From NCBI GenBank assembly GCA_965221125.1, contig CBDCRW010000002.1:128001-192000 (forward strand): DNA of 64,000 nt. Direction: 5' to 3'. The DNA comes from Alphaproteobacteria bacterium. GTDB lineage: Bacteria; Pseudomonadota; Alphaproteobacteria; UBA828. Positions 38,401-53,388 of this stretch are shown here, one piece after another. Below the pieces are notes generated by a model. It ran no database searches and was not told where the DNA came from. It was given only the letters and a program-made list of their open reading frames with translations. The position numbers and the translations under genes are program-made. Position 1 is the stretch's first letter. The number at the start of each line of letters is the position of its first letter.

Positions 38401-38751
38401 CTAGAAAGAGAGGCCGCCTTCGCGGGCTGCCTCGGCGAGCGCCTTCACGCGCCCGTGATACTGGTATCCGCCGCGGTCGAACACGACCTCCTTGTGACCG
38501 GCGGCCAGCGCGCGCTCGGCGATGAGCGCGCCGACGCGCCCGGCAGCCTCGCGGTCCGCCCCGCTGGTGCTGCGCAACGCGCCTTCCACCGTCGAGGCCG
38601 CGGCCACGGTCCTGCCCTCCCTATCGTCGATGAGTTGGGCGTAAATGTGGCGGTTGGAGCGGAAGACCGAGAGCCGCGGCCTGCCGCCTGCGGCGGTGCG
38701 CAGCTTGAACCGCACCCGCTGCTTGCGCTTGTCGAATTCGCTGGTGCTCAT
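38401..38751 (-). CDS. rplR: 50S ribosomal protein L18
   Basis: [16 protein letters not shown] and [12 protein letters not shown]. Confidence 0.97.
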   Translation of the reverse strand: MSTSEFDKRKQRVRFKLRTAAGGRPRLSVFRSNRHIYAQLIDDREGRTVAAASTVEGALRSTSGADREAAGRVGALIAERALAAGHKEVVFDRGGYQYHGRVKALAEAAREGGLSF

Positions 38752-38753
38752 CG

Positions 38754-39287
38754 CTACTTCTTCTTGCCCTCCTTGCGCCGGACGTACTCGCCGACGTAGC
38801 GGATGCCCTTGCCCTTGTAGGGCTCGGGCTTGCGGAAGGCACGAATCTCGGCGGCGACCTGGCCGACCGCCTGGCGGTCGTAGCCGGCGACCCTGATCGC
38901 CGTCGGCCGTTCGCACGTGATCTCGATGCCGTCGGGAATGGGATAGCGCACCCGGTGGCTGAAGCCGAGATCGAGCGTGAGCGTGCGGCCCTCGACCGCG
39001 GCGCGGTAGCCCACGCCCTCGATCTGCAGGTTCTTGTGGAAGCCCTGGCTCACGCCCACGACCATGTTGTTGATGACGCTCCGGGTCAGCCCCCACATCT
39101 GGCGCGCGCGCTTGGTCTCGCCCCTGGGCGTGACCACGACCGCGCCGTCCGCGAGTGCGGCGTCCACCTCCGGCGCGATGGTGGCGGCGAGGCTGCCGAG
39201 CTTGCCGCTCACGCTGACCGCGGCGCCGTCGATGGAGACCTCGACGCCGTCCGGGATGGCGACCGGGTTCTTGCCGACGCGAGACAT
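38754..39287 (-). CDS. rplF: 50S ribosomal protein L6
   Basis: MSRVGKNPV and [11 protein letters not shown]. Confidence 0.97.
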   Translation of the reverse strand: MSRVGKNPVAIPDGVEVSIDGAAVSVSGKLGSLAATIAPEVDAALADGAVVVTPRGETKRARQMWGLTRSVINNMVVGVSQGFHKNLQIEGVGYRAAVEGRTLTLDLGFSHRVRYPIPDGIEITCERPTAIRVAGYDRQAVGQVAAEIRAFRKPEPYKGKGIRYVGEYVRRKEGKKK

Positions 39288-39288
39288 C

Positions 39289-39684
39289 TCAGAACACCCG
39301 GCAGAGCACTTCGCCGCCGACATTCTGCTTGCGCGCCTCGTTGTCCGAGAGCACGCCGCGCGGCGTCGAAAGAATGGAGATTCCGAGCCCGCCGTAGTGC
39401 TTGGGCAGGTCCTTGATGCCCGAGTAGACCCGGCGGCCGGGCTTCGATACCCGGTGAATCTCGGCGATCACCGGGCGGCCTTCGTGGTACTTGAGCTCGA
39501 CGGAGAACGCCGGCTTGCCGGTGTCCGATTCCGCCGCCGCGTAGCCGCGGATGTAGCCCTCGCGCTCGAGCACGTCGAGCACGGAGCCGCGCAGCTTCGA
39601 CGCCGGCGTGAGCACGGAGGACTTGCGCGCCTGCAGCCCGTTGCGGATGCGGGTCAGCATGTCCGCCAGAGGGTCAGTCATCAT
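39289..39684 (-). CDS. rpsH: 30S ribosomal protein S8
   Basis: [12 protein letters not shown] and SKPGRRVY. Confidence 0.97.
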   Translation of the reverse strand: MMTDPLADMLTRIRNGLQARKSSVLTPASKLRGSVLDVLEREGYIRGYAAAESDTGKPAFSVELKYHEGRPVIAEIHRVSKPGRRVYSGIKDLPKHYGGLGISILSTPRGVLSDNEARKQNVGGEVLCRVF

Positions 39685-39694
39685 GGCGTCAGCC

Positions 39695-40000
39695 TCACCA
39701 GCTCGATTTCACCATGCCCGGCACCTGGCCCGCCGAGGCCAGCTCCCTGAGCGCGATACGCGACAGCCCGAACTTGCGGTAGGTGCCGCGCGGCCGGCCG
39801 GTGAGCCCGCAGCGGTTGCGCACCCGCACCTGCGCGCCGTTGCGCGGCAGCTCTGCCAGCTTGAGCTGCGCCGCGAAGCGCTCCTCCGCCGGGCGCGAGC
39901 GGTCGCGCACGATGGCGCGGAGATCCGCCCGCTTGGCCGCATCCCGCTTCGCCATCCGCTGGCGCCGCTTGTTCTTCTCGATCGTGCTCTTCTTCGCCAT
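39695..40000 (-). CDS. rpsN: 30S ribosomal protein S14 (long, zinc-free form)
   Basis: [12 protein letters not shown]; 101 aa. Confidence 0.97.
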   Translation of the reverse strand: MAKKSTIEKNKRRQRMAKRDAAKRADLRAIVRDRSRPAEERFAAQLKLAELPRNGAQVRVRNRCGLTGRPRGTYRKFGLSRIALRELASAGQVPGMVKSSW

Positions 40001-40023
40001 CTCTCAGCCCGGCCCCTCCGCAC

Positions 40024-40608
40024 TCACTGGCCGACGAACGGCATCTGAAAGCCGGCAAGCAGCGCGCGGCCCTCGTCATCGGTCATCGCCGTCGTGCAAA
40101 TGACGACGTTCATCCCCCGCACCTGGTCGACCTTGTCGTAGTCGATTTCCGGAAAGACGATCTGCTCCTTGAGGCCCAAGGCATAGTTGCCCCGGCCGTC
40201 GAAGGCGCGCCCGGAAAGGCCGCGAAAGTCGCGCACCCGTGGCAGCGCGATGGTGATCAGCCGGTCGAGGAACTCGTACATCCTCTCCCGCCGAAGCGTC
40301 GTCTTGCAGCCGACCTGCATGCCCGTGCGCACCTTGAACGCGGCCACGGACTTGCGCGCCTTGGTGATGATCGGCTTCTGCCCCGCGATCAGGGTCATGT
40401 CCTGAAACGCGGCGTCGACCTTCTTGCCGTCGGTGGCACCTTCGCCCACGCCCATGTTCAGCACGATCTTCTCGAGCCTGGGCGCCTGCATGGCGTTGGT
40501 GTAGCCGAACTGCTCCATGAGCTGAGGCCTGATCTCGCTCTCGTAGAGCAGTTTCAGCCGGCTCGGCTCCCTGGCGCCGCCGTTCGGCTGGCCGTTGGTC
40601 TCAGACAT
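40024..40608 (-). CDS. rplE: 50S ribosomal protein L5
   Basis: KIVLNMGVG and LPRVRDFRG. Confidence 0.97.
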   Translation of the reverse strand: MSETNGQPNGGAREPSRLKLLYESEIRPQLMEQFGYTNAMQAPRLEKIVLNMGVGEGATDGKKVDAAFQDMTLIAGQKPIITKARKSVAAFKVRTGMQVGCKTTLRRERMYEFLDRLITIALPRVRDFRGLSGRAFDGRGNYALGLKEQIVFPEIDYDKVDQVRGMNVVICTTAMTDDEGRALLAGFQMPFVGQ

Positions 40609-40924
40609 CGATCACTTCCCCCGAGCGGGCGGCGACGCGCACCTTGCGCCCGTCCTCGAGCGTCTTGTAGCGGACGCGGGTGGGCCGGTCGCTTTCGGGA
40701 TCGATCAGCGCCACGTTCGATATATGGATCGGCGCCTCGCGCTCGACAATACCGCCTTGCGGATCGCCCTGTGTCGGCTTGACGTGGCGCTTGGTCACGT
40801 TGACGCCCTCGACGAGCACGCGGTCGGTCCTGGTCACGACCCGCAGCACGGCGCCGCGCTTGCCCTTGTCCCGCCCGGTGAGGACGATGACTTCGTCATC
40901 CTTGCGTATCTTTCGCTTGCGCAT
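40601..40924 (-). CDS. rplX: 50S ribosomal protein L24
   Basis: GRDKGKRG and EAPIHISNV. Confidence 0.97.
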   Translation of the reverse strand: MRKRKIRKDDEVIVLTGRDKGKRGAVLRVVTRTDRVLVEGVNVTKRHVKPTQGDPQGGIVEREAPIHISNVALIDPESDRPTRVRYKTLEDGRKVRVAARSGEVIDV

Positions 40925-40930
40925 GGCGGC

Positions 40931-41299
40931 CTACAGCACCTCGGGCGCGAGTGAGATGATCTTCATGTACTGGCGCTGCCGGAGCTCGCGGGTCACCGGC
41001 CCGAAGATGCGGGTCCCGATCGGCTCTCCCTGCGCGGTGATGAGCACGGCGGCGTTGCGGTCGAAGCGGATCGCGCTGCCGTCCGGCCGGCGGATCTCCT
41101 TCGCGGTGCGCACGATGACGGCGCGGTGAAGCTCGCCCTTGCGCACCTTGCCGCGCGGGATCGCCTCCTTGACCGTGACGACGATGGTATCGCCCACCGA
41201 GGCGGTCTTGCGCTTGGACCCGCCCAGCACCTTCACGCATTGCACGCGCCTGGCACCGGAATTGTCGGCGACGTCCAGATTCGTCTGCATCTGAATCAT
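40931..41299 (-). CDS. rplN: 50S ribosomal protein L14
   Basis: VADNSGA and [10 protein letters not shown]. Confidence 0.98.
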   Translation of the reverse strand: MIQMQTNLDVADNSGARRVQCVKVLGGSKRKTASVGDTIVVTVKEAIPRGKVRKGELHRAVIVRTAKEIRRPDGSAIRFDRNAAVLITAQGEPIGTRIFGPVTRELRQRQYMKIISLAPEVL

Positions 41300-41332
41300 G
41301 GGACCCGGCCTTTCCGCTGCCTGCCGTGCCGC

Positions 41333-41581
41333 TCAGCGCTGCTCGGCGCCGGCATCGTCGAGGACGATCCAGCGCTTGCGCTTGGAGATGGGGGCGCATT
41401 CGCGAATCTGCACGATGTCGCCGACCTTGTGCTTGTTGCCGTCGTCGTGCGCGGCGTAGCGCTTCGAGCGGCGCACGACCTTCTTGTAGAGCGGGTGCAT
41501 GACGCGGCGGTCGATGCGCACGATGACGGTCTTGTCCGCCTTGTCGCCGACCACGGTGCCTCGCATTACGCGGCGCGGCAT
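41333..41581 (-). CDS. rpsQ: 30S ribosomal protein S17
   Basis: HPLYKK and PISKRKRW. Confidence 0.97.
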   Translation of the reverse strand: MPRRVMRGTVVGDKADKTVIVRIDRRVMHPLYKKVVRRSKRYAAHDDGNKHKVGDIVQIRECAPISKRKRWIVLDDAGAEQR

Positions 41582-41612
41582 GTCAGCCCTCCTTCACCCA
41601 TCGCTCTCACCC

Positions 41613-41819
41613 TCAGGCCTCGCCGCCGGCAGCGCTCCTGCGCTCGGCGACGATCGTCTTGATGCGGGCCACGTCGCGCCGGACGGCGCGCATGCGCGCC
41701 GTGTTCTCGAGCTGGCCCGACGCCCGCTGGAAGCGCAGGTTGAAGGCCTCCTTCTTCAACGCGAGCAGCATGGTCTGGAGCTCGTCGTCGGTCTTGAGGC
41801 GGATCTCCACGCCGTTCAT
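41613..41819 (-). CDS. rpmC: 50S ribosomal protein L29
   Basis: [14 protein letters not shown]...RRDVARIKT. Confidence 0.96.
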   Translation of the reverse strand: MNGVEIRLKTDDELQTMLLALKKEAFNLRFQRASGQLENTARMRAVRRDVARIKTIVAERRSAAGGEA

Positions 41820-42241
41820 CAGGTCGCCCCCTCGCCGAGCCGGGTCACGACCCTGGTCTGCACCCGGAACTTGGCCGAGGCGCGGCGGAAGGCCTCTTCC
41901 GCCACCGCGCGCGGCACGCCGTCGACCTCGAACATGATGCGTCCGGGCTTGACCCGCGCAACCCAGTATTCCGGCGAGCCCTTGCCCTTGCCCATCCGCA
42001 CCTCGGCGGGCTTGGTCGAGACGGGCACGTCGGGGAAGACGCGGATCCAGATCTTGCCGGCGCGCTTCATGTGACGCGTGATGGTGCGCCGCCCGGCCTC
42101 GATCTCGCGTGCCGTGATGCGGCCCGGCGTGATCGCCTTCAGCCCGTAGGCGCCGAAATTGAGCTGCGTGCCACCCTTGGCCGCGCCGTGGATGCGGCCC
42201 TTGTGGGCCTTGCGGTACTTGGTGGACTTCGGCTGCTGCAT
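41819..42241 (-). CDS. rplP: 50S ribosomal protein L16
   Basis: [12 protein letters not shown]. Confidence 0.97.
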   Translation of the reverse strand: MQQPKSTKYRKAHKGRIHGAAKGGTQLNFGAYGLKAITPGRITAREIEAGRRTITRHMKRAGKIWIRVFPDVPVSTKPAEVRMGKGKGSPEYWVARVKPGRIMFEVDGVPRAVAEEAFRRASAKFRVQTRVVTRLGEGAT

Positions 42242-42262
42242 GATCCGGCTCCGATCCCGGCC

Positions 42263-42940
42263 CTAGCGCGGCGTCGCCTGCTCCATGGCGCGCTTGTCCT
42301 GCGCCATGGGGTCGTGCGCCATGATCTCGCCCTTGAACACCCAGACCTTGACGCCGCAGGTGCCGTAGGCGGTGCGCGCCGTGGCGATGCCGAAGTCGAC
42401 GTCGGCCCGGAGCGTGTGCAGCGGAACCCGGCCCTCGCGATACCACTCGGTCCGCGCGATCTCGGCACCGCCGAGCCGGCCGCCGCAGTTGATGCGGATG
42501 CCCTGCGCGCCCAGCCTGATCGCCGACTGCACCGCCCGCTTCATGGCGCGGCGGAAGGCGACGCGGCGCACGAGCTGCTGGGCGATGTTCTCCGCCACCA
42601 GCTTGGCCTCGATCTCGGGCTTGCGGATCTCGACGATGTTGAGGTGGACGTCGCTCCCCGTCATCGAGGTGATGTCGGTGCGCAGCCGCTCGATGTCCGC
42701 GCCCTTCTTGCCGATCACGACGCCGGGGCGGGCGGTGTGAATGGTGATGCGCGCCTTCTTGGCCGGCCGCTCAATGACGATGCGCCCGATGCCCGCCTGG
42801 TTCAGCCGCTTGAACAGGAATCCCCGGATCTGCAGGTCCTCGTGCAGCAGCCGGGAGTAGTCGTCGTCGGCGTACCAGCGCGAGTCCCAGGTGCGGTTGA
42901 TGCCGAGGCGCAGCCCGACGGGATTGACCTTCTGACCCAT
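42263..42940 (-). CDS. rpsC: 30S ribosomal protein S3
   Basis: [13 protein letters not shown] and [11 protein letters not shown]. Confidence 0.97.
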   Translation of the reverse strand: MGQKVNPVGLRLGINRTWDSRWYADDDYSRLLHEDLQIRGFLFKRLNQAGIGRIVIERPAKKARITIHTARPGVVIGKKGADIERLRTDITSMTGSDVHLNIVEIRKPEIEAKLVAENIAQQLVRRVAFRRAMKRAVQSAIRLGAQGIRINCGGRLGGAEIARTEWYREGRVPLHTLRADVDFGIATARTAYGTCGVKVWVFKGEIMAHDPMAQDKRAMEQATPR

Positions 42941-43320
42941 CAGGCCCCCTTCGCGCGTTCGCGCACCACGATGGTGAGGTGGCTGAACGGCTTCATGATG
43001 CGCCCGACCCGCCCGCGGGCTCTCGGCCGCCAGCGCTTCATCACCAGACCCTTGCCCACCGTCGCTTCGGCGACGATGAGCCGGTCCACATCGAGCTCGT
43101 GGTTGTTCTCGGCGTTCGCGATGGCCGACTGCAGGCACTTGCGCACGTCGCCCGCGATGCGGCGGCGCGAGTTGGCGAGCGTGACAAGCGCCTCGTCCAC
43201 CGGCCGCCCGCGGATGGTGGCGGTCACAAGGCCGAGCTTCTGGGGGCTGATCCGGAGGTTCCGGATCCTGGCCTGGGCTTCCGTCTCGCCCAGCTGCCGG
43301 GGTCGTGCCATCTTGCCCAT
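42940..43320 (-). CDS. rplV: 50S ribosomal protein L22
   Basis: [15 protein letters not shown] and PRARGR. Confidence 0.97.
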   Translation of the reverse strand: MGKMARPRQLGETEAQARIRNLRISPQKLGLVTATIRGRPVDEALVTLANSRRRIAGDVRKCLQSAIANAENNHELDVDRLIVAEATVGKGLVMKRWRPRARGRVGRIMKPFSHLTIVVRERAKGA

Positions 43321-43322
43321 GC

Positions 43323-43601
43323 TCAGACCCGCCGCGCCCGCTTGTCGCCGGCATGGCCGTGGAAGACCCGCGTCGGCGAGAACTCGCCGAACTTGTGGCC
43401 GACCATGTTCTCGTTCACCAGCACGGGCAGGAACTTGCGCCCGTTGTAGACGCCGAAGGTGAGGCCGACGAACTGCGGCAGGATCGTGGACCGCCGCGAC
43501 CACGTGCGGATGATGTCCTTGCGCCCGCTCGCCCGCGCCTGCTCGGCCTTCTTGAGCAGGTAGCCGTCGACGAAGGGGCCTTTCCATACGGATCGCGCCA
43601 T
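43323..43601 (-). CDS. rpsS: 30S ribosomal protein S19
   Basis: [10 protein letters not shown] and TWSRRS. Confidence 0.98.
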   Translation of the reverse strand: MARSVWKGPFVDGYLLKKAEQARASGRKDIIRTWSRRSTILPQFVGLTFGVYNGRKFLPVLVNENMVGHKFGEFSPTRVFHGHAGDKRARRV

Positions 43602-43616
43602 CGCTCGTCCCCCGCC

Positions 43617-44444
43617 CTACTTCTTGCCCCGACGCCGCATGATGAAGCGGTCGGTTCTCTTGTTGCTCCGCGTGCGCTTGCCCTTGGTCGGCACGCCCCA
43701 GGGGGTGACCGGATGCCGCCCGCCCGAGGACTTGCCCTCGCCGCCGCCGTGGGGATGGTCCACCGGGTTCATGGCGACGCCACGCACCGAGGGCCGGCGG
43801 CCCTTCCAGCGCATGCGGCCGGCCTTGCCCTGGTTGGTGTTCTGGTTGTCCGGGTTGGAGACCGCGCCGATGGTGGCCATGCAGCGCCCGTGCACGATGC
43901 GCTGCTCGCCCGACGGCAGCCGAAGCTGGGCATAGCCCTGGTCCTTGCCCACGAGCTGCACGTAGTTGCCGGCGGAGCGCGCGATCTGGCCGCCCTTGCC
44001 GGGCTTCATCTCGACATTGTGGATGATGGTGCCGACCGGGATGTTGCTCATCGGCATCGCGTTGCCGGGCTTGATGTCGCAGCGCTCGCCGGAGACCACC
44101 TTGTCGCCGGGCGAGACCCGTTGCGGGGCCAGGATGTAGGCCTGCTCGCCGTCCTCGTAGCGCACCAGCGCGATGAAGGCCGAGCGGTTGGGGTCGTACT
44201 CCAGCCGCTCCACCGTCGCCGGCACGTCGAACTTGCGGCGCTTGAAGTCGACCTTGCGGTAGCGGCGCTTGTGGCCCCCGCCGCGGTGGCGCACGCTGAT
44301 GCGGCCGTCGTTGTTGCGCCCGCCCTTCTGGCTCAACCCCTCGGTGAGCTGCTTGACCGGCTTTCCCTTCCAGAGGTCGGAGCGGTCCACCAGCACGAGC
44401 TGGCGGCGCCCCGGCGTGGTCGGCTTGTAGTTCTTGAGTGCCAT
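43617..44444 (-). CDS. rplB: 50S ribosomal protein L2
   Basis: [17 protein letters not shown]. Confidence 0.98.
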   Translation of the reverse strand: MALKNYKPTTPGRRQLVLVDRSDLWKGKPVKQLTEGLSQKGGRNNDGRISVRHRGGGHKRRYRKVDFKRRKFDVPATVERLEYDPNRSAFIALVRYEDGEQAYILAPQRVSPGDKVVSGERCDIKPGNAMPMSNIPVGTIIHNVEMKPGKGGQIARSAGNYVQLVGKDQGYAQLRLPSGEQRIVHGRCMATIGAVSNPDNQNTNQGKAGRMRWKGRRPSVRGVAMNPVDHPHGGGEGKSSGGRHPVTPWGVPTKGKRTRSNKRTDRFIMRRRGKK

Positions 44445-44447
44445 CGC

Positions 44448-44753
44448 CTAGAGCCCGGTCATCACGTCGATGGTGTCGCCCTCGCCGAGCGAGACCGTTG
44501 CCTTCTTCCAGTCCGAGCGCTTGCCCAGCCGGCCGCGCCGGCTGCGCTTGACCTTGCCCTTGACCACGCTCGTGTTGACCTTCCTCACCTTGACCTCGAA
44601 GAGCCCTTCCACGGCCTCCTTGATCTGGGGCTTGGTCGCGTCCGTGCGCACCCTGAAGGTGACCTGGTTGTTCTCCGAGCCCTGGGTCGACTTCTCGGTC
44701 ACCACGGGGCCGAGGATCGTGTCGTACCAGCGCTCCTTGGGCTCGACGCTCAT
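44448..44753 (-). CDS. rplW: 50S ribosomal protein L23
   Basis: PVVTEKST and WKKA. Confidence 0.97.
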   Translation of the reverse strand: MSVEPKERWYDTILGPVVTEKSTQGSENNQVTFRVRTDATKPQIKEAVEGLFEVKVRKVNTSVVKGKVKRSRRGRLGKRSDWKKATVSLGEGDTIDVMTGL

Positions 44754-45370
44754 GCGAGCCTCGCTTGCAGGCTTTCCACCGCCTTGCGCGTCAGCACCAG
44801 GCGATCGCGGCGGAGGATGTCGTAGACGTTGGCGCCGAGCTGCGGGAGCACCTGGATTCCGGTGAGGTTGCGCGCCGCCTGGGCGAAGCCGGCATCGATC
44901 TCGTCGCCGTCGATCACCAGCGCCGACGACCAGCCGAGGCCCGCGAGACGCTCGGCAAGCACGCGGGTCCTGGCCGAGCCGAGGTCGAGGGAGTCGACGA
45001 TCGCGAGCTTGCCGTCGGCCTGCTTGCTGGAAAGCGCGGACTTGAGCGCGAGCTTGCGGACCTTCTTCGGCAGCTTGTGGGCGTGGTCGCGCAGCACCGG
45101 GCCGAACTGGGCCACGCCGCCCCGGTGGTGCGGCGCCCGGCGCGAGCCCGCGCGGGCGCGGCCCGTGCCCTTCTGCTTGAAGGGCTTGCGCGTGGACCCC
45201 CTGATCTCGGCGACCGACTTGGTCTTGTGCGTGCCCGCGCGGCGCTTGGCGAGCTGCCAGCGCACGGTGCGGTGCATCAGGTCGGGCCGCACGTCGACGC
45301 CGAACACCTCGTCGGCAAGGTCGATCTTGCCGACCTTCTTCGCGTCGAAGTCGATGACGTCGACCTTCAC
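44750..45370 (-). CDS. rplD: 50S ribosomal protein L4
   Basis: [12 protein letters not shown]. Confidence 0.97.
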   Translation of the reverse strand: MKVDVIDFDAKKVGKIDLADEVFGVDVRPDLMHRTVRWQLAKRRAGTHKTKSVAEIRGSTRKPFKQKGTGRARAGSRRAPHHRGGVAQFGPVLRDHAHKLPKKVRKLALKSALSSKQADGKLAIVDSLDLGSARTRVLAERLAGLGWSSALVIDGDEIDAGFAQAARNLTGIQVLPQLGANVYDILRRDRLVLTRKAVESLQARLA

Positions 45371-46200
45371 GAGGACTCCTCCTCGCCGCTCTCCGCAGCG
45401 TCCTCTGCTTCGGGTGCGGCCTCCTCGGCCTCCGCCTCCGCTTCAGGCGCAGCGTCCTCTTCGGCCTCGGGCTCTGGCTCTTCGGCCGGCTCCGGCTCCG
45501 GCTCGGCCATCAGCCCGGCCGGAAACGGAACGTCGTCCGGCAGGCTGCGCTTCTTCGCGTCCGAGAGCAGCACGACGCCGCCCTTGGGGCCGGGCACGCC
45601 GCCCTTCACCATGATGAGCCCGCGCGCGGCGTCCGTCGCCACGACCTCGAGGTTCTGCACGGTCGCCCGCGCGTTCCCCAATTGGCCGGCCATCTTCTTG
45701 CCCTTGAACACCTTGCCGGGGTCCTGGCACTGGCCGGTCGAGCCGTGGGAGCGATGCGAGACGGAAACGCCGTGGCTCGCACGCAGACCCGCAAAGTTGT
45801 GCCGCTTCATGCCCCCGGCGAAGCCCTTGCCGATGGACGTGCCGACCGCATCGACGAACTGGCCCGTGGCGAAGTGGTCAGCGCCGAGCGTGGCGCCCAC
45901 GTCCACCAGTGCATCCTCGCTCACGCGGAACTCGAACAGATGGCGCTTGGGCTCGATCCGCACCTTCGCGTAGTGGCCGCGCACGGCACGCGTCGTGTTC
46001 TTCACCTTCACGCCGCCGGCGCCGAGCTGGAGCGCCGTGTAGCCGCCCTGATTCTGCGTCCGCTGGCCGATGACCTGGCAGTTGTCGACGCGCAGCACGG
46101 TCACCGGCACGTGCTCGCCGGCATCGTTGAAGACGCGCGACATGCCGAGCTTCTCGGTGATCACGCCCGTGCGCCTGCGCTCTGCGGCCTGGCCCGCCAT
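45367..46200 (-). CDS. rplC: 50S ribosomal protein L3 with acidic C-terminal extension
   Basis: [13 protein letters not shown] and [12 protein letters not shown]. Confidence 0.97.
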   Translation of the reverse strand: MAGQAAERRRTGVITEKLGMSRVFNDAGEHVPVTVLRVDNCQVIGQRTQNQGGYTALQLGAGGVKVKNTTRAVRGHYAKVRIEPKRHLFEFRVSEDALVDVGATLGADHFATGQFVDAVGTSIGKGFAGGMKRHNFAGLRASHGVSVSHRSHGSTGQCQDPGKVFKGKKMAGQLGNARATVQNLEVVATDAARGLIMVKGGVPGPKGGVVLLSDAKKRSLPDDVPFPAGLMAEPEPEPAEEPEPEAEEDAAPEAEAEAEEAAPEAEDAAESGEEESS

Positions 46201-46209
46201 GACGCCCTC

Positions 46210-46524
<315 letters not shown>

Positions 46525-46560
46525 TGTGGCTTCCCGGCCCCTTCCCCTGCGCGCTCTGGT

Positions 46561-47751
<1,191 letters not shown>

Positions 47752-47789
47752 CGGTGCTCTCTCAGGGGGTTCTTGTCGCGGCTGCGCGT

Positions 47790-49865
<2,076 letters not shown>

Positions 49866-49895
49866 GATCTTCTTCTTGTCCGCGGACGCCTTCGC

Positions 49896-50366
49896 CTACC
49901 AGCGGTAGTGCGAAAAGGCCCGGTTGGCCTCGGCCATGCGGTGGGTATCTTCCCGCTTCTTGACGGCAACGCCGCGGTTTGCCGCGGCGTCGAGGAGTTC
50001 GTTGCTGAGACGGTCGACCATCGTGGTCTCGGAGCGGTCCCGTGTCGCGCCGATGAGCCAGCGGATCGCCAGCGTCTGGCGGCGGTCGGGCCGGACCTCG
50101 GTCGGCACCTGGTAGGTGGCGCCGCCGACGCGGCGCGAGCGCACCTCCACCGCCGGTTTCACGTTGTCCAGCGCCTCGTGGAACACCCGGACGGGATCCT
50201 GCCCGGTCTTGTCCCGGATGCGGTCGAGTGCGCCGTAGACGATGCGCTCGGCCGTCGACTTCTTGCCGTCGAGCATCAGCGAGTTCATGAACTTCGCCAG
50301 CACCATATCCCCGTGGCGGGGATCGGGGTTGATGGTTCGACGCTCTGCAGCGCGACGGCGAGACAC
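49896..50366 (-). CDS. rpsG: 30S ribosomal protein S7
   Basis: [12 protein letters not shown] and MAEANRAF. Confidence 0.98.
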   Translation of the reverse strand: MSRRRAAERRTINPDPRHGDMVLAKFMNSLMLDGKKSTAERIVYGALDRIRDKTGQDPVRVFHEALDNVKPAVEVRSRRVGGATYQVPTEVRPDRRQTLAIRWLIGATRDRSETTMVDRLSNELLDAAANRGVAVKKREDTHRMAEANRAFSHYRW

Positions 50367-50387
50367 CGGCCAGCTCCCTCTCTTGCT

Positions 50388-50759
50388 CTATTTGGGGCGC
50401 TTGGCGCCGTACTTGGAGCGCCGCTGGCGGCGGTCCTGGATGCCCTGCGTGTCGAGCGAGCCGCGAATGATGTGATAGCGCACGCCCGGCAGATCCTTCA
50501 CCCGGCCGCCGCGGATCATGACCACCGAGTGCTCCTGAAGGTTGTGGCCCTCGCCGGGGATGTAGCTCGTCACCTCGAAGCCGTTGGTGAGGCGGACGCG
50601 CGCGACCTTGCGCAGCGCCGAGTTCGGCTTCTTCGGCGTCGTCGTGTAGACCCTGGTACAGACGCCGCGCTTCTGCGGGCAAGCCTGCAGCGCCGGCACC
50701 TTGTTGCGTGCGGCAGGCGCCGTGCGCGGCTTGCGAATCAACTGGTTGATCGTCGGCAT
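50388..50759 (-). CDS. rpsL: 30S ribosomal protein S12
   Basis: [17 protein letters not shown] and RVKDLPG. Confidence 0.99.
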   Translation of the reverse strand: MPTINQLIRKPRTAPAARNKVPALQACPQKRGVCTRVYTTTPKKPNSALRKVARVRLTNGFEVTSYIPGEGHNLQEHSVVMIRGGRVKDLPGVRYHIIRGSLDTQGIQDRRQRRSKYGAKRPK

Positions 50760-50962
50760 CGCGGCGGTTCCATGTTCACGAGCGTGGTCAACAGCGTGTT
50801 CAACAGGCAGTGCGGCGCGTGCAGGTGGACCGGGGCAAGCGGACCCGGCCCGCTTCCCCGCCGCCGGCCTGCGCCGACACATCGGAAACTCTCTCGAACA
50901 CGGGGCATGACAGCGGGCGCCCTGGCACGCGCCGAACAGCCCCGTCGGCAAGAGGGTGGCGC

Positions 50963-50991
50963 ATCCTAGTGACGCGCCTACCCACCGTCAA
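50963..50991 (-). promoter_or_regulatory. Sigma70 promoter of the str operon
   Basis: Minus-strand TTGACG-N17-TAGGAT, about 200 nt upstream of rpsL. Confidence 0.7.
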
Positions 50992-51099
50992 GCGGCAAGA
51001 ACGGCCTAATTTACGGGAATTTCCCTGAGAGAATCGCGGGCTGGCGGGGGCCCGAGCGTGTATCGTAACGCCCGAATCGGCGGGCGCGGAGAGGCGCAC

Positions 51100-52362
51100 A
51101 TGAACGTTCTGGTGGTGGGCTCGGGCGGGCGCGAGCACGCGCTCTGTTGGCAGCTTGCAGCGTCGCCGCTGCTGGAGACGCTCTGGTGCGCGCCGGGGAA
51201 CGCCGGGATCGAGGGCGAGGCGCGTTGCGTCGCGCTCGACCCCATGGATTTCGCGCGCGTGGTCGCCTTCTGCCGCGAACACGCGATCGATTTCGTCGTC
51301 GTGGGGCCGGAAGCGCCGTTGTGTGCGGGCCTCGTCGACCGGCTCGAGGCGGAGGGCATCGCGGCCTTCGGCCCGCGCAGGGCCGCCGCGCGGATCGAGG
51401 GCTCCAAGGGCTTCATGAAGGACCTGTGCGCCCGCCACGGCGTGCCGACCGCCGCCTACCGGCGCGCGGACTCGCTCGCGGACGCGGAAGCCTTCATCGC
51501 CGCACACGGCGCGCCGCTGGTGGTCAAGGCCGACGGCCTCGCCGCCGGCAAGGGCGTCGTGCTCGCGCAGACGGAGGACGAGGCCCTCGAAGCGGCGCGC
51601 GCGGCGCTGGGGGGCGCCTTCGGCGAGGCTGGCGCGGAACTCGTCATCGAGGAGATGATGGCGGGCGAGGAAGCCAGCTACTTCGCCCTGGTCGACGGCG
51701 AGACTGTGCTGCCGCTGGAGACGGCGCAGGACCACAAGGCCGTGGGCGACGGCGATACCGGGCCCAACACCGGCGGCATGGGCGCCTATTCGCCTGCGCC
51801 CGTCATGACTCCGGCGCTCTGCGAGGAGGCGCGGACGCGGATCGTCGAGCCGCTGGTGCGCGCCCTGGCGGAGGAGGGCGCGCCCTATACCGGCGTCTTC
51901 TACGCCGGGCTGATGCTGACCGCCGACGGGCCGAAGCTGCTCGAGGTCAACGCCCGCTTCGGCGACCCCGAGTGCCAGGTCCTCGTGCCCCGGCTCCGGT
52001 CCGACCTGCTGGCGGCGCTGGTGGCGGCGCACGACGGCGAGCTCAGGGACTTCGACCTGCGCTGGCGCGACGAGGCCGCGCTCTGCGTCGTGCTGGCGAC
52101 CGAGGGCTATCCCGGCGCCTACGAGAAGGGCAGCGCGATCCGCGGGATCGACGCGGCCGAGGCCCTGGGCGACGTCACCGTGTTCCATGCCGGCACGGCG
52201 CTGGGCGAGGAGGGCATCGTGGCCGCAGGCGGGCGCGTGCTCGGCGTGACCGCGCTGGGTGCCGACGTCGCCGCAGCCCAGCGACGCGCCTACGACGCCG
52301 TGGATCGCATCGACTGGCCGGAGGGCTTTTGGCGCCGCGACATCGGCTGGCGGGCGGTCTAA
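51100..52362 (+). CDS. purD: Phosphoribosylamine--glycine ligase
   Basis: [30 protein letters not shown] and RFGDPE. Confidence 0.97.
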   Translation: MNVLVVGSGGREHALCWQLAASPLLETLWCAPGNAGIEGEARCVALDPMDFARVVAFCREHAIDFVVVGPEAPLCAGLVDRLEAEGIAAFGPRRAAARIEGSKGFMKDLCARHGVPTAAYRRADSLADAEAFIAAHGAPLVVKADGLAAGKGVVLAQTEDEALEAARAALGGAFGEAGAELVIEEMMAGEEASYFALVDGETVLPLETAQDHKAVGDGDTGPNTGGMGAYSPAPVMTPALCEEARTRIVEPLVRALAEEGAPYTGVFYAGLMLTADGPKLLEVNARFGDPECQVLVPRLRSDLLAALVAAHDGELRDFDLRWRDEAALCVVLATEGYPGAYEKGSAIRGIDAAEALGDVTVFHAGTALGEEGIVAAGGRVLGVTALGADVAAAQRRAYDAVDRIDWPEGFWRRDIGWRAV

Positions 52363-52364
52363 AC

Positions 52365-52514
52365 CCTGGAGCGTTTCCGTTTTGCACGGCAACGCTCCAG
52401 GCCTTTATCCCTCGCGGCAGCCGGTCTTCGACCGGCGCCTCCGCGAGGGCGCCGCATACGCGGCGGGCCGCTGTCGCGGCCTGTCGCGCGTCCGTCAAAG
52501 TCGGACGCGCTCCA
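52365..52514 (-). repeat. Composite intergenic repeat element, copy 2 (inverted relative to 21078-21252)
   Basis: 33-bp palindromes at 52367-52399 and 52482-52514; shares the core GCGCCGGTCGAAGACCGGCTGCCG and GATAAAGGC with copy 1. Confidence 0.88.
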
Positions 52515-52557
52515 ACCCCTGCTTGGCGAACGTGGGCGCGGCCCTATAATCCCAGCG

Positions 52558-53388
52558 ATGACCAACGAGATACGCCCGATTCAGAGCCGGGACCCGGCGC
52601 GGCCAGGCGTGCCGCGTGCCGGCGGGCTGAGCTTCCTGGGCGTGACCCCGCTCCGCCCCTGCCCGTACCTGCCGGGACGGCGGGAGCGCTCGATCGTCAC
52701 GACGCTCACCGGCCCGCAGGCGGACACCGACTACGACGCGATGCTGCGCGCGGGCTTCCGCCGCAGCCACCTCGCGGCCTACCGGCCGGCCTGCCCCGGC
52801 TGCCGGGCCTGCGTCTCGGCGCGGGTCCGGGTCGGTGCGTTCGTGCCGAGCCGCTCGCTGAAGCGCGTCGGCGCGCGCAACGAGGGTGTCGCGCTGCGGG
52901 TGATGCCGGCGCTGGCCCGGCCCGATCACTACGCGCTCTTCCAGCGCTACCTGGCGGCGCGGCACGCGGACGGCGCGATGGCGGGAATGGGGCGCGAGGG
53001 CTACGGCGCCCTCGTCGAGGAAAGCGCCGTCGAGACCCGGCTCGCCGAGTTCCGCAGCCCGGACGGGCGCCTCTACGGCGTCTGCGTGTTCGACGTCGTT
53101 GCCGACGGGCTCTCGGCGGTCTATTCGTTCTACGAGCCTTTGCGGGTCAAGGACAGCCCGGGCAGCTACATGATCCTGCGCCTCCTGGGCGAGGCGCGGT
53201 CGCGGGGCCTGCCCTACCTCTATCTCGGCTACTGGATCGACGGCTGCGACAAGATGGACTACAAGGCGCGCTTTCGACCGCTCGAGGTGCACGGCACGGG
53301 CGGCTGGACGCTGCTGGACGCGCGGGAAGGCGGCCGAGACGTCTCGAATCACCGACTGCAACCACGCAAGGGAGACCCAAGGAAATGA
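52558..53388 (+). CDS. bpt: Aspartate/glutamate leucyltransferase (ATE/Bpt family, N-degron pathway)
   Basis: CPYLP, GFRRS, CPGCRAC, RH.DG.M, LSAVYSFY, YLGYWI and KMDYK. Confidence 0.88.
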   Translation: MTNEIRPIQSRDPARPGVPRAGGLSFLGVTPLRPCPYLPGRRERSIVTTLTGPQADTDYDAMLRAGFRRSHLAAYRPACPGCRACVSARVRVGAFVPSRSLKRVGARNEGVALRVMPALARPDHYALFQRYLAARHADGAMAGMGREGYGALVEESAVETRLAEFRSPDGRLYGVCVFDVVADGLSAVYSFYEPLRVKDSPGSYMILRLLGEARSRGLPYLYLGYWIDGCDKMDYKARFRPLEVHGTGGWTLLDAREGGRDVSNHRLQPRKGDPRK

